From positions 1 through 64,000 of IMG/VR virus record IMGVR_UViG_3300037471_001740: a stretch of 64,000 bases of DNA. One strand, written 5' to 3'. This DNA comes from a virus (taxonomy: Duplodnaviria > Caudoviricetes). A model generated the notes under the pieces. It worked only from the letters and a program-made list of their open reading frames with translations, was not told the DNA's origin and ran no database searches. Position 1 is the first letter of the stretch, and every line of letters begins with the position of its first letter. Shown in pieces: positions 44,625-54,460 of this stretch. The translations under genes and the position numbers were made by a program.

Positions 44625-46283
44625 CTATAAGCGCGCATCGAGGAAAACACGCGCCCCAACTGCGGTGAAGGTGAAGTAGGAGGCTGCACCCGCCGTACCG
44701 CCGGAACCGCTTGATCCCAGATAGAAGGCCGTCGGTGATGTACCGGTTACCGTGGCATTAGCCCACGAGCCAGCGCCGGCATATTGGGAATTGCCGCCCA
44801 GTATGGAGCACGTTGGAGTGACGCGAAGCGGCTTGCTCAAAACGTTGAAAGAGAACGCGTTTGTTGTGCCGGTGGTAACGCCATTGACAGTCGCGTTGGC
44901 AGTGAATGGCCCCCATACCTGCGCGTAAGGGCTCATGCGATCGCGCTCCGCGACAGGGCCGCGATACTCGAAGACTGACGGTGCGCCGCCCGTTCCAGTC
45001 GTGTTCGCGCTGGACGTCGCAAGCGATTCTTCGATCTGCAGCTGGTCAGCAAAGAGTGTGAAGGTCGCGCCAGTTGCCAGCAGCAAATCGATGCGCAGAC
45101 TGTCATCACCGTTCGAACCGAGCGTCTTTCCGCTGATCGATGGAATATCCAATCGCGCACTGAATTTTTGCTCTGTCGTGGTGACGTTCCAGGTAACGGC
45201 TGTCGTCGCGGCCACCGATGCCGAAGGGCTTCCGCCTGTCCCGAAAGATTGCGTATAGCGAACACCGACGACGAGATTCGCGGCAGCCGCAGATTGCAGA
45301 GATGCTTGAACGGTGACGCTCTGCCCGTTGTACTTCTCGACGCCTCCAATCTTCTGGCCGACTGTCGGGCTAGTGGAAGCACCCGTCGTCTGCTGGTGGG
45401 AGTAGCGATACTTCGAACCGCGCTTCATGTACGCCGGTTCGCTGCCGAGTGTTCGCGTATTTTGCGAGACGGTTGCCGCGCCGCCCGTGCCCGCGTTGGC
45501 AATCCACACGTTCGCGGTGTACATGTCCGCCGCGCCGACGGAGAACGTGGTGCTCACGTCCCAAAAATCGAAGTTTCCGTCTATGAAACCGTTCAGGTGC
45601 GCAGCGGCGAAGTTCTGCTGAACAACGCCCGGGACCTTGATATTGTTTGCAGCATCAAGTGTGATAGGAAGATTGGCCGCATCCCACGGCGTCTGGCCGT
45701 TGAAGGTCGGGCGCGTTGTGAACTGCTGCAGAAGCGCCCATGTGTTTGCGGCGTTGAGCAGCGGAATGGCCCCGCCGCTGGTCCCTGTGTTCTGCGTGGC
45801 CGCCGAGCCGAGCCCGAGATTCGATCGCGCTGTCGCCGCGTTCGAAACGTCTGATAGGTTGTTCGCCTTCACCAGCGCATTGGCCAGCGTCGCCGCGGCG
45901 TTCGATGCACTCGTTGCGGCCGCCGTTGCGGAATTCGCAGCATTGGTTGCTGACGCCCCTGCGGCGGTCGCGCTATTCGCTGCGTTCGTGGCCTGCGTCG
46001 TCGCGGTCGCGGCGCTTCCGCTAGCAGACGTCGCACTGCCTGACGCTGCCGTAGCGCTCGCCCCCGCGTTTGTGGCGGACGTCGAAGCGCTGGCGGCGGA
46101 TGCTGTTGCGCTGGTGGCGCTCGCGCCCGCATTGGTCTCCGATGTTGCTGCCGCTGCCGCGCTAGCCGCGGCTGCTGCAGCACTTGCCGCCGCTTCCGGC
46201 GCTGCTGTGGGAATGTACTGCCCGAGCTTGAGCTCGAGCGTCGACGTATCGTCGGCGCGAATGATGAATGTGAACTGGTTCAT
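44625..46283 (-). CDS. Tail fibre (receptor-binding protein) of prophage 2
   Basis: Ala/Ser/Thr shaft, NNLSD..ARSNLG motif; tip homologous to the prophage 1 fibre. Confidence 0.88.
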   Translation of the reverse strand: MNQFTFIIRADDTSTLELKLGQYIPTAAPEAAASAAAAAASAAAAATSETNAGASATSATASAASASTSATNAGASATAASGSATSASGSAATATTQATNAANSATAAGASATNAANSATAAATSASNAAATLANALVKANNLSDVSNAATARSNLGLGSAATQNTGTSGGAIPLLNAANTWALLQQFTTRPTFNGQTPWDAANLPITLDAANNIKVPGVVQQNFAAAHLNGFIDGNFDFWDVSTTFSVGAADMYTANVWIANAGTGGAATVSQNTRTLGSEPAYMKRGSKYRYSHQQTTGASTSPTVGQKIGGVEKYNGQSVTVQASLQSAAAANLVVGVRYTQSFGTGGSPSASVAATTAVTWNVTTTEQKFSARLDIPSISGKTLGSNGDDSLRIDLLLATGATFTLFADQLQIEESLATSSANTTGTGGAPSVFEYRGPVAERDRMSPYAQVWGPFTANATVNGVTTGTTNAFSFNVLSKPLRVTPTCSILGGNSQYAGAGSWANATVTGTSPTAFYLGSSGSGGTAGAASYFTFTAVGARVFLDARL

Positions 46284-46591
46284 ACGGGCAGTGGCGTGTC
46301 GATCACGCGAAAGAAGTCGGGTTGGCTGACGTACTGATTGCCAGACGGATCACGCACGGCCAGATCGATGCGCGCTTTCCCGACGGGCCACGACGACGAG
46401 TCACCGCCGGCGAGTTGCAAAAGGCCAGTCGTCGGATCGAGCCACGTTGGCGTGAGATTCGCGATCAGCGTCTTACCGGTGGAGTCGTGGATCTGCGCGA
46501 CGACGGACCAATTCGTCATGTCCTGCGTGTCGCCATCAAGTTGGAAATTGCCGACCACCTGAAACGTTGAGCCTTGGACGAATTGCCACAT
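46280..46591 (-). CDS. Fibre adaptor Ig-like protein
   Basis: QGSTF...W.VG.ARID pattern; coupled to the fibre. Confidence 0.65.
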   Translation of the reverse strand: MWQFVQGSTFQVVGNFQLDGDTQDMTNWSVVAQIHDSTGKTLIANLTPTWLDPTTGLLQLAGGDSSSWPVGKARIDLAVRDPSGNQYVSQPDFFRVIDTPLPV

Positions 46592-46592
46592 A

Positions 46593-47411
46593 TCAGGCTC
46601 CGATCCCTGTGTATTCGATGATGCAACTCGCGTAGTACTTCGGGCGGATGTCGACTGCCGCGCCGGTCCCGGTATTCTGGAGCGTGATCCCGGTGGCTGC
46701 CGCCTGATTCGTCACGCCTGTGGCGGCTGATCCAATCGTGATGCCGATTCCCGCAGCTTGCGTCAGAGAAGTCTGAGACATAGCAGCGGGACCAGAGGCG
46801 CCTGACGCAAATCCCCCCGACGGCGGACTGACCCAGAATCCGTTGCCCTGTGACGCATGAGCATGTCCCGGATCTGAATATCCATGAGAGTGCCCGGGAT
46901 CGCTATGCGCATGGTTGTGAGTAGGGTCATTGACAACGTGACTGTGAGCCGGAAGCTGCGCGACGGAGAGCGTTACGGAATCGTTACCGCCGGTAGCGCC
47001 GGGCGCATAAGTCGTGCCGTCCGCACCGACGATAAACCGCAAGCGGCAATCAGCAGTGCCGTTCGTGCCGTCTGCGAGCTGCCATCCTGGTCCCCAGACA
47101 CTCGCGATATTCGCAATCGCGCCGTGCCACATGCGCTGCTCGCCGACCTTGTAGGCAAGCGCGCGCACCTGCGCACCCGTCAGCACATCCTTGCTCGTGC
47201 TCGACGTGTCGCCGTTGGCGATATTCGTGATCTTCTGCGCGTTGAAATCGACCGTCGCCGTCGGCTTAACCGAGCCCGTATAGATCTGCTTGATAAACGC
47301 GCCGAGCGCCTGCAGATAGCCGTTCGCATTCGGGCCGACGGTCTCCGAGCCTTGCGGAGAGTTGTTGTTTGGATTGACGTCGAGGTCGTTAATGCTGCTC
47401 GGGATCGGCAT
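46593..47411 (-). CDS. Tail collar-domain fibre/needle protein
   Basis: GW.LADGTNGT.D.R.RFIVG, GG...VTL..AQLPAHSH, DPGHxH repeats. Confidence 0.8.
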   Translation of the reverse strand: MPIPSSINDLDVNPNNNSPQGSETVGPNANGYLQALGAFIKQIYTGSVKPTATVDFNAQKITNIANGDTSSTSKDVLTGAQVRALAYKVGEQRMWHGAIANIASVWGPGWQLADGTNGTADCRLRFIVGADGTTYAPGATGGNDSVTLSVAQLPAHSHVVNDPTHNHAHSDPGHSHGYSDPGHAHASQGNGFWVSPPSGGFASGASGPAAMSQTSLTQAAGIGITIGSAATGVTNQAAATGITLQNTGTGAAVDIRPKYYASCIIEYTGIGA

Positions 47412-47421
47412 GTGATCACCC

Positions 47422-47448
47422 AATAAAAAAGCCACCCGAAGGTGGCTT
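47422..47448 (-). terminator. Terminator after lysis genes
   Basis: AAGCCACC-ttcg-GGTGGCTT followed by TTTTATT. Confidence 0.8.
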
Positions 47449-47470
47449 GTTGATGCTTATGAGTTCGGCG

Positions 47471-48043
47471 TTACTGCGTGCTGCAGTTGCCCTCAATCAG
47501 TCCGCGCTGCTGGAGGATGCAGACGTACCGCTGGAGGTATTCGGCCTTTGCGCGGGCGTCGTTGTCGGCGTCGTCGACGATGGAGAAAAGAGCGAGTCCA
47601 AACGGTCGTGATAGCTCGGCTGTGCCACCGGCACCATCGCCCACGCTGCCGGCGCCGGGGCCGGTACCGGCTTCGTTGCCACTGGCTGGACGGAAGTTGG
47701 ACACTGCGATGCGCAGCCGGCGAGTGCCGTCAGCGATAGCAGCACGATTGCGAGCGTTGTCGGCTTCATGAGCTTCTTTCTCCTGCGTCAGTTGCTGATC
47801 CATCGCGGCAATCTTCCCTTCCGCGACCGTGTGCGCATCGATAGCGCGTTGCTCCGCGTCGAGCGCGGCCTTCGAAATCGCATTGAGATCGTTGGCGTGC
47901 TGCTCGTCGTCATGCGCGCGCGCCGCCCGTTCGTTCGCAAGCTGCGCGCCGAGGATCTTTGCTTCGATCTCATAGCCAAGCGCGCCGCCGATGGCTGCTG
48001 CAAGCAGATACGGCCACGCCAGTTTCAGGAATGCGAGCATCAT
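47471..48043 (-). CDS. Rz: i-spanin
   Basis: N-terminal TM, coiled coil, G..RLRIAV, LQ.Y motifs. Confidence 0.9.
   Translation of the reverse strand: MMLAFLKLAWPYLLAAAIGGALGYEIEAKILGAQLANERAARAHDDEQHANDLNAISKAALDAEQRAIDAHTVAEGKIAAMDQQLTQEKEAHEADNARNRAAIADGTRRLRIAVSNFRPASGNEAGTGPGAGSVGDGAGGTAELSRPFGLALFSIVDDADNDARAKAEYLQRYVCILQQRGLIEGNCSTQ
47497..47769 (-). CDS. Rz1: o-spanin lipoprotein embedded in Rz
   Basis: LAGC lipobox; P.P..WAM motif; alternate frame inside Rz. Confidence 0.88.
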   Translation of the reverse strand: MKPTTLAIVLLSLTALAGCASQCPTSVQPVATKPVPAPAPAAWAMVPVAQPSYHDRLDSLFSPSSTTPTTTPAQRPNTSSGTSASSSSAD

Positions 48044-48558
48044 CGTTCTCCCAGGCAAGTGGCGCGTTCGAGTTGGCGCCGCTTATAGATTCCGCCGCAG
48101 CGGTTGGATGCGATCGCGCAGTCGCGGCCGCCGGCGAAACGCCAACGCAGGAACTGCTCGCACGCGAGCGGAAACTGGCGCCGCGCATACATTGCGCGCA
48201 GCGTCGAGCCCTTGTAGTTCGCAATGCCTGCGTTGTAGGCTAGATCGATCGCCGCGACCTTCTGGCCATCAGTCAGACCGTCGAACCCGGGCGTCGCGTC
48301 GCGTACGGCCTGCGCATAGCCTGCGAGGCTTCCGGCCAACATCTCTTTGCACTCAGGAAGCGTGTAGGCGCGCATGTCCGCGTTGGTGTCGCCAAAGCAG
48401 ACGGTCTCGACGTTCCCAGCGAGCCGATCGCTATACGGAGTGAGCGAAACGCCCTCCTGCCCCGACGTCAGACTGATCAGCGCCGCGGCTGCAGTCGCAC
48501 CGATCGACGCGATAAGCGCGGCACGACCGCGCGGCCTACTGTTTTGCGGCGTCGGCAT
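48040..48558 (-). CDS. Lysozyme (GH24), SAR-type endolysin
   Basis: Ala/Gly-rich N-terminal anchor; QEG...PY.D...TVCFGDT catalytic motif; AYNAG. Confidence 0.92.
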   Translation of the reverse strand: MPTPQNSRPRGRAALIASIGATAAAALISLTSGQEGVSLTPYSDRLAGNVETVCFGDTNADMRAYTLPECKEMLAGSLAGYAQAVRDATPGFDGLTDGQKVAAIDLAYNAGIANYKGSTLRAMYARRQFPLACEQFLRWRFAGGRDCAIASNRCGGIYKRRQLERATCLGER

Positions 48559-48802
48559 TCGTCGTCTCGCTTGTCGGCGCGGCAGTCGTCACATGGCGGG
48601 CCGCGATGATTGCCGCGAAGATGATCACGAGCGGCATCGCGGCACCAAGCTTTGCCGGCAGCATGCTCTTCAGCGTGTCTGGCACGACGTTCCATGCGTC
48701 CAGTGCCGGGCCTGCCGTTGCAATCGCAGCGCCAATTGCGGCGAGCCGCGTCGAACTGTATTTCCAGACGTTCTTCCAGTCGTCGACGAGTCTGATACTC
48801 AC
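48536..48802 (-). CDS. Holin
   Basis: LVDDWKNVWKYSSTRL motif with hydrophobic segments; overlaps the lysozyme start. Confidence 0.75.
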   Translation of the reverse strand: MSIRLVDDWKNVWKYSSTRLAAIGAAIATAGPALDAWNVVPDTLKSMLPAKLGAAMPLVIIFAAIIAARHVTTAAPTSETTNADAAKQ

Positions 48803-49128
48803 GATGTCACCTTTGTCTTGATGGCCTGCCAACTGGCCCATGCGAGAAAAACAATCAGCGCCCATGCGCCGCCCTTGATCAGATGTCCGCTGAGATCGCG
48901 GTAGAACTGCGCGCGTGCCTCCATGCGCCTGATTACCGCCTCGTGATAGCGCCGGTGCCCGTCCCAGTCCCCATCAGGAAATGCCCTCCTGAGGTCATCG
49001 ACGCCGCGGAGCAGTTCGACGACCTTTGCGTCTGTAACTGCCTGCGCCGTGATGTTTTCGCCGTGCCGCTGATCAAGATCGGACTTCAGCCCGTTGATCG
49101 CGGCGATTACCTGTTGATGGGCGTCCAT
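48799..49128 (-). CDS. Lysis-associated protein with C-terminal TM (holin/antiholin-like)
   Basis: AFPDGDWDGHRRYHE motif; TM; first gene of the cassette. Confidence 0.7.
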   Translation of the reverse strand: MDAHQQVIAAINGLKSDLDQRHGENITAQAVTDAKVVELLRGVDDLRRAFPDGDWDGHRRYHEAVIRRMEARAQFYRDLSGHLIKGGAWALIVFLAWASWQAIKTKVTS

Positions 49129-49141
49129 CGGTTCCCCGGAA

Positions 49142-49168
49142 AATAAAAAAGCCGCTCGATGGCGGCTT
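49142..49168 (-). terminator. Terminator after ejection genes
   Basis: AAGCCGC/GCGGCTT stem followed by TTTTATTT. Confidence 0.75.
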
Positions 49169-49212
49169 GGTCTGATTCGGCTACAATCCCCGCACTAACC
49201 CGGGGTCTGCTC

Positions 49213-49413
49213 ATGTACGAACAGATTATTCAGCTTGGATTGATAAAACTTGGTGTCGCAATTTTCCTAGGGCTGTGCGCCGGAATTTACGACCTGACCA
49301 AGAAGCCCACCCAACACGGCTGGACGGCCATAGTTAAGGAGCCCTTGTACGAGAGGGCCTGGAAGCGCCTGACCGGCCGGCGCGGCAGCACGAGCATCGA
49401 GGTACGGGAGTAG
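49213..49413 (+). CDS. Small membrane protein, antisense moron
   Basis: TM LGLIKLGVAIFLGLCAGIY; TACAAT -10 at 49182-49187; overlaps the 3' end of the ejection gene. Confidence 0.55.
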   Translation: MYEQIIQLGLIKLGVAIFLGLCAGIYDLTKKPTQHGWTAIVKEPLYERAWKRLTGRRGSTSIEVRE

Positions 49414-51354
49414 CGTATCCGGATTGAGCAGGTAATCGCCCAGGCGCTGTTGCAACCTGTCTCCGACCATCTGCCCGACCTTTTTGCCGCCAGCGAAGAT
49501 GCCGCCCGCCGCAAGAGGGTGTCCAGCGAGTAGCGCAGCAGCGGCAGCGCCCGTTTTGCCTATCCCAGTCGCCCCGCTGAAGTCAGGCCCGAAAAGGTTT
49601 CGCGCGAGCCACCCCTGAGCAGCGAGGTTGTAGCCCGTATCCGATCCAGGCGAGCGCATCGAGTTCGAAATCGTCGCTCGCTGCAGATCACGTCCGATAT
49701 TCTCCAGCCCCTGTTGTGCGCCTGGCTCAATGCCGAATTCCTGACTCCGCAGCGCACGCGCCAATGCCGGCGCATACGATTGAGCCGTAAGGATTGGCTG
49801 CTGATTGACGTTCGCCGAACGACCCAGACCCGACATCTGCTCCGAAAGCTGCTGCGCTGCCTGCATCGAATTGATTGGAGGCGAATTCGCGGCGTAAGCC
49901 TGCCTGGCATGCGCGTAATCTGGCGAAGCGTTATCAAGCCAGTTCAAGAAATCGGTTTGCGCCGTGTTAATGGCGTTGCGCTCGGAAGGTCCAAGCCGCG
50001 TGTTTTCGCGCGCACTCTGCTGCAGATCGTCGAGTCCGAGCTTCAGATAATGCAGGACATCGCCCGACACCTGCGCCGGCTGCCCGGGCATAGCCGGCCG
50101 AATCTGGACCTGCTGGAAAAGCGGCTGTCCGTTGAAACCGATGCCGCCTGTCTGAACGTTCGCATGCTGCGCCGGTTGAGCCTGCACGGCAGGAATGATC
50201 CCCTGATTTCCCTCGTTGCGTGCGATAGTCAAGCCGCGGTTCAGCGCGTCCTGCATGGCCGGCCGATTCATCAACGCTTCGATCGTGGGGTCGACCGTGT
50301 AATTCTGGGCTCGAGCGGTCTGATACGCAGGACCGGCAGCAGCCTCTCGGGCCGCAACCGCCGCATCCAGATCGGCAGGAGTACGGGCAATCGCGTTCAG
50401 CGCGGCCCACCGAGCATTGTTGTTATCCAGCCCACGCTGCTCGAAGGCACCGCGGATCGACGGCACATTTGCTGCAGCCTTTTCGGTTTGCAGAAGCAAT
50501 GGGCTGCCCGCGACTTGCGCAGTGGTCGGCAGCGAGTCCTGGACGTATTGCGGCGCATTCCGAATATTAGCGGCCGCTGCTGCTGCGTCTTGAGGGGAAA
50601 GCGCATCGCCGATCCCTTGACCGACGAACCGGCCGGGTCGCAGGACCGGATTCAGCACGCCGCCTAACGAGTTGAGGCCAGCACGGGCGCCAGCGAACCC
50701 GGCTGGCAGCGCACCACCTAGCGCTGTCCCGATTCCCGTTTGGAGCATCTTTTGCTGTGCATACGACAGGTCTGAGTTGCCAGTGGTCGGCATCATGGCC
50801 GCGCCCAGCCCTCCTTGTGCCGCGCCGATACCGATCTTTGCCGGGAGCGAAGCAGCCGCGAACTCAGGCCCGATCATCATAGCTGGGGCGGTACCCACAG
50901 CATTTCCGGCGATGCGCGCCCAATCGATTCCGGGGGCAGCCTTTTGCCCAGTGATCAGGCCAGAGAGGTTTTGCGGTTGCCGAGCCGCCCTGGCCTGTTC
51001 GTATGACGCATTCTGCTGGTCGATAGCCTGCTGCATCTGCGGCAACGCCGCGCGGGCGTCCTTCGCGAATTGAGAGTCAGGCGCGACCTTGTCTGCGAGC
51101 CACGACAGACCATGCACGATACCCTGAGTCGTGCCCTTTGCTACGTCGCCCACGCCCATCAGAAATCCATTGACCGGCGCCGGTTGGTTGGACGACGTAG
51201 GGGCGGCACCGGGTGCCGCTGCAGGCGCGGCAGCGACAGGCGCTGACGCCGCTGGTTGCGTGCCAGCACCGAGCCATGCGTCCACGGGATCAACGGTCGT
51301 CGTCTTCGACGGCGTACCCATGCCGGTTCCGAGCCAATCATCAACAGCCGTCAT
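49267..51354 (-). CDS. DNA ejection/internal virion protein
   Basis: Large Ala/Gly/Gln-rich protein; last gene of the podovirus injection cluster. Confidence 0.8.
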   Translation of the reverse strand: MTAVDDWLGTGMGTPSKTTTVDPVDAWLGAGTQPAASAPVAAAPAAAPGAAPTSSNQPAPVNGFLMGVGDVAKGTTQGIVHGLSWLADKVAPDSQFAKDARAALPQMQQAIDQQNASYEQARAARQPQNLSGLITGQKAAPGIDWARIAGNAVGTAPAMMIGPEFAAASLPAKIGIGAAQGGLGAAMMPTTGNSDLSYAQQKMLQTGIGTALGGALPAGFAGARAGLNSLGGVLNPVLRPGRFVGQGIGDALSPQDAAAAAANIRNAPQYVQDSLPTTAQVAGSPLLLQTEKAAANVPSIRGAFEQRGLDNNNARWAALNAIARTPADLDAAVAAREAAAGPAYQTARAQNYTVDPTIEALMNRPAMQDALNRGLTIARNEGNQGIIPAVQAQPAQHANVQTGGIGFNGQPLFQQVQIRPAMPGQPAQVSGDVLHYLKLGLDDLQQSARENTRLGPSERNAINTAQTDFLNWLDNASPDYAHARQAYAANSPPINSMQAAQQLSEQMSGLGRSANVNQQPILTAQSYAPALARALRSQEFGIEPGAQQGLENIGRDLQRATISNSMRSPGSDTGYNLAAQGWLARNLFGPDFSGATGIGKTGAAAAALLAGHPLAAGGIFAGGKKVGQMVGDRLQQRLGDYLLNPDTLLPYLDARAAAPAGQALPGPLVQGLLNYGRPAVLGGLLGQVVNSGAQP

Positions 51355-53420
51355 TGCACCCATCCATTCTGAAGAGCGGTCGCGGTCTTCGCGCGCAGCG
51401 CTGACGCATCCGGCTGTTGCTTGAGAAACGCTTGACGATCGGTCGGCGACATCTGCTGCATCTGATAGACGCGTGGATCGTAGTTCTGGCGCCACATGCT
51501 TTCGAACTTGTTGAAGCCAGCCGGGTTGTTGCCGTTCTGCGCCAGCCATTGATCAGCAGCGTTCGTCTTCGCCTGCAGCGCGAGTTCCTGCGCCTTCAGC
51601 TTCGGAATCACTTCGACCATCGCCTTATTGAGCATGTCCGGGTTAGGCGTGCCCTTGAGGACCGTCGCCAATTGCGCATCCGTGCCCGTGCCGCCGAGCG
51701 CCTTCTGATACTGCTGCGCGAGGTTCGACATGTACTTTTGCAGGATCTGCGCGTTGGCCGTGTCATCCCCGCCGAGCTGCATACCGGGCGGCAGGAAACT
51801 GTTCAGATTCGCGATGCGGTCCAGGCGTTGATCCCAGCCAGGGCCGAATTTCGTTGTGCCCTGCGCGAGCGCCATCATATTGTCGAGTGTGTTGAGGCGG
51901 TCTCCCGATGTCGACGCGAGGTTACGAAGGTTGCTGTACGCCGCGGCGTTATCCTTCGCCATACCTTCAGCGCCCTGCGCGTATCCCGGAGGCGCAGCGG
52001 CAGCCATCGGACCGCCTTGCGGAGCCGTGGCTTGTGGAGCAGGTGACTGCTGCTGACCACGACCGTTCATCGCCGTGAGAAGCGAAACTTTGCCGAGGTA
52101 GTTGCGCGTTTCCTGCGGAAGAGTTTCAAACTGGCCGCCGCTCTGTAGCCAGTTGTCCGTAGCACCCGGGCCCATGTTGTACGCAACCGAGGCAAGCGTG
52201 GGATTGCCGTAGCGCTGCAACATCGCGCCGTAGTAATCGCGCCCGACACGATCGAGCTCCGCACGCGAATTGTTCGCCGCCGGTTGAACGCCGAAGCCCG
52301 GATTCATCTGCGTGTTAGGCATCACCTGCCAAGCACCTTGGGCGCCCCTCGGCGACACTGCGTTGGGATTGCCGTTGCTCTCCGTCTGCACAATCGCGCG
52401 CTGGTCCGGCGTCGTCGCACCAGCCACGCCGCCCTCAGCGGCTGCGGCGATATTCGTCGTGGGCTGATACTCCATCTGGCCGGTTTGCGGGTTCCAAACC
52501 TCTTTCAGGTTGAATCCCGCCGGGCCGGATGCCTGAGCGCGGGATTGCGCTGCCGTCACGCCTGCAGCGCCGGCCATCGGCGCAACGCCCACGAAATTCC
52601 CCTGCGCATCGGTGACAGGAACGGCGCCCTTCGGCACGTCCGGATTCCATGTGCGCGTGCCGTCCGGGCTGATCGTCCAGCCACCCGGGCGGCCTTCCGT
52701 CGGCGCGATGTAACCGGCTTTCTTAATGACGCTATTCAGCGCAGCGGTGTATTCGGGCGAACCTTGCTTATATCCTGCAGCGATGAGTTGCTTCTGGATG
52801 TCGGTCGGCGCGTACTGCGACATCGCGTTTTCGAGGAGCTTGTTCGGATCGCGCAGCAGCCCGAGTCCAATCAGGCCATCCGGCAGGTTGCCGAAGATCG
52901 GATCAGGCGCGCGCGGGCCGGTTTGCGGCGTCATTTGCGGCTGTTGGCTTGCCGTCGGCGCGCCTTGCTGGAAGGTCGCGGGCTGAGCCATTTGCGGCGC
53001 GGCACCCCCCATTGGGACTGGATACGACTGTACGCCCGCCCCGGATGCATCAGAGCCGGACGCCACACCACCCGCATCCGTTGCACCAGCGGGCGCCTGC
53101 GGAACAGACCCGACACCCTGCGGACCGACGCCAGCGCGATTCAAGTAGTTCTTTGCCGCGTCGAAGAACAGCTTGTTGTTCTGCAGCTGATAGCCAAGCT
53201 GCTGCAACTGCGCGTTCTGAAGTTGCTGTTGCATCTGCAACTGCTTCGATTGCTGGTATTGCGCAAGGCCATCCAAGCCGCCCTGACCGACAGCCGCGAG
53301 CCCCGAATTCAGTCCGCGATTGCGCGCCAGAATGCCAAGCCCAGCGGCAAGCAGACCATCTGCGGCAGGTTGAGCCTGCGGCGTTTGCGCCCACTGCGTG
53401 AAATTATCCAGGAGACCCAT
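51351..53420 (-). CDS. Ejection protein with lytic transglycosylase (SLT) domain
   Basis: QTESNGNPNAVSPRGAQGAWQVMP, AYNMGPG and ETRNYLGKV motifs. Confidence 0.9.
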   Translation of the reverse strand: MGLLDNFTQWAQTPQAQPAADGLLAAGLGILARNRGLNSGLAAVGQGGLDGLAQYQQSKQLQMQQQLQNAQLQQLGYQLQNNKLFFDAAKNYLNRAGVGPQGVGSVPQAPAGATDAGGVASGSDASGAGVQSYPVPMGGAAPQMAQPATFQQGAPTASQQPQMTPQTGPRAPDPIFGNLPDGLIGLGLLRDPNKLLENAMSQYAPTDIQKQLIAAGYKQGSPEYTAALNSVIKKAGYIAPTEGRPGGWTISPDGTRTWNPDVPKGAVPVTDAQGNFVGVAPMAGAAGVTAAQSRAQASGPAGFNLKEVWNPQTGQMEYQPTTNIAAAAEGGVAGATTPDQRAIVQTESNGNPNAVSPRGAQGAWQVMPNTQMNPGFGVQPAANNSRAELDRVGRDYYGAMLQRYGNPTLASVAYNMGPGATDNWLQSGGQFETLPQETRNYLGKVSLLTAMNGRGQQQSPAPQATAPQGGPMAAAAPPGYAQGAEGMAKDNAAAYSNLRNLASTSGDRLNTLDNMMALAQGTTKFGPGWDQRLDRIANLNSFLPPGMQLGGDDTANAQILQKYMSNLAQQYQKALGGTGTDAQLATVLKGTPNPDMLNKAMVEVIPKLKAQELALQAKTNAADQWLAQNGNNPAGFNKFESMWRQNYDPRVYQMQQMSPTDRQAFLKQQPDASALRAKTATALQNGWVQ

Positions 53421-53422
53421 GT

Positions 53423-54451
53423 TTAACCTTGATTGAAGCCCGACGGGTTCGACTGAGCGGCTTTGATGATCTGCTGAAGAAGCGAATCAGCGCTGCCACT
53501 GCTGAGCGTGTACGGAAGCGTGATGCCAGATTGAGGAACGAAGCTGACGTTGCCGGCGCGGTACGGTGCGCGCGCGCCATTCTGCGGCTGCCAGCCCGTG
53601 TTCTGACGCTGCTGGCCGTTCTGTTGCTGTTGCAACTGTTGTTGCCCTTGGCTGAGCAGATTCTGGAGCATGCTTCCGTAACCGCCCATCGATGCGCCGC
53701 CGATATTCGAAAGCCCTGCCGTCTCACCGGACAAGCCGCCGCCCAACGCGCCGCTTGACGTGCCAGTCATGCCGCCGCCGGGAAGCAGCCCGCTAAAGAG
53801 GCCAGTCGGCGAAGAACCGAGCGCGCCGCCGAGATCGCCACCCATCGCAGTGCCTAGCCCGGAACCGCCGGCAGATACAGTGCCCGTCAGGCCAGCATCG
53901 CCGAATGCAGCGGGACCGCCGAGAAAGCCAGACACGCCTGTCGCGCCAGCGCCACCGAGTCCGCCCGCGCCAGCGCCAGCAGCATCCGCGCCGCCGATTC
54001 CGAACAGGCTAGACAGACCACCACCAGCGCCACCAGCTGCGCCCGCAGCATCAGCAGCGCCGAGACCTGCGCCCGCGCCAGCACCCGCACCGCCAGCGGC
54101 CCCGCCCTCCGCGCCACCCAATGCACCGCCGAGCGCGCCGCCCGTGAATGCCGAGCCGATCGCAAGTCCGATCGCATCGCCAGGTTTCGCAGCAGCGAGA
54201 TTGCCGATGTTGTTCACGATCGGGATCTTGCGGAGGGGATTCACCTGCTGATCAAACGTGTTCAGAGGTTTAGCTATCGGCTCGAGAACCTGATTCGTCG
54301 CCTTCGGGATGTCTTTCGACGTCCAGTCCGCCCACTTTCCGCCAGTGATCCACGAAAGCGGGTCCGTCCATTTCTGGATCGGCTCCGCGATCTTGCCGAC
54401 GGGCGAATCCTGGTTGTCTGTGCTGAGAGCGCCGCCAAATGCACCTGACAT
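53423..54451 (-). CDS. Gly-rich ejection/DNA transfer protein
   Basis: Gly-zipper hydrophobic region; position in the injection cluster. Confidence 0.75.
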   Translation of the reverse strand: MSGAFGGALSTDNQDSPVGKIAEPIQKWTDPLSWITGGKWADWTSKDIPKATNQVLEPIAKPLNTFDQQVNPLRKIPIVNNIGNLAAAKPGDAIGLAIGSAFTGGALGGALGGAEGGAAGGAGAGAGAGLGAADAAGAAGGAGGGLSSLFGIGGADAAGAGAGGLGGAGATGVSGFLGGPAAFGDAGLTGTVSAGGSGLGTAMGGDLGGALGSSPTGLFSGLLPGGGMTGTSSGALGGGLSGETAGLSNIGGASMGGYGSMLQNLLSQGQQQLQQQQNGQQRQNTGWQPQNGARAPYRAGNVSFVPQSGITLPYTLSSGSADSLLQQIIKAAQSNPSGFNQG

Positions 54452-54460
54452 CGCGCCTCC

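Noticed and set aside
5804-46283. Diversity-generating retroelement (duplicated fibre tip as TR/VR)
   Set aside because: No reverse transcriptase or avd in the window. Both copies are full in-frame genes about 320 codons long, and the differences are not confined to adenines.
53760-54251. Pro/Ala-rich plus-strand ORF and GCGCCAGC-like repeats
   Set aside because: Antisense shadow of the Gly-rich ejection protein.
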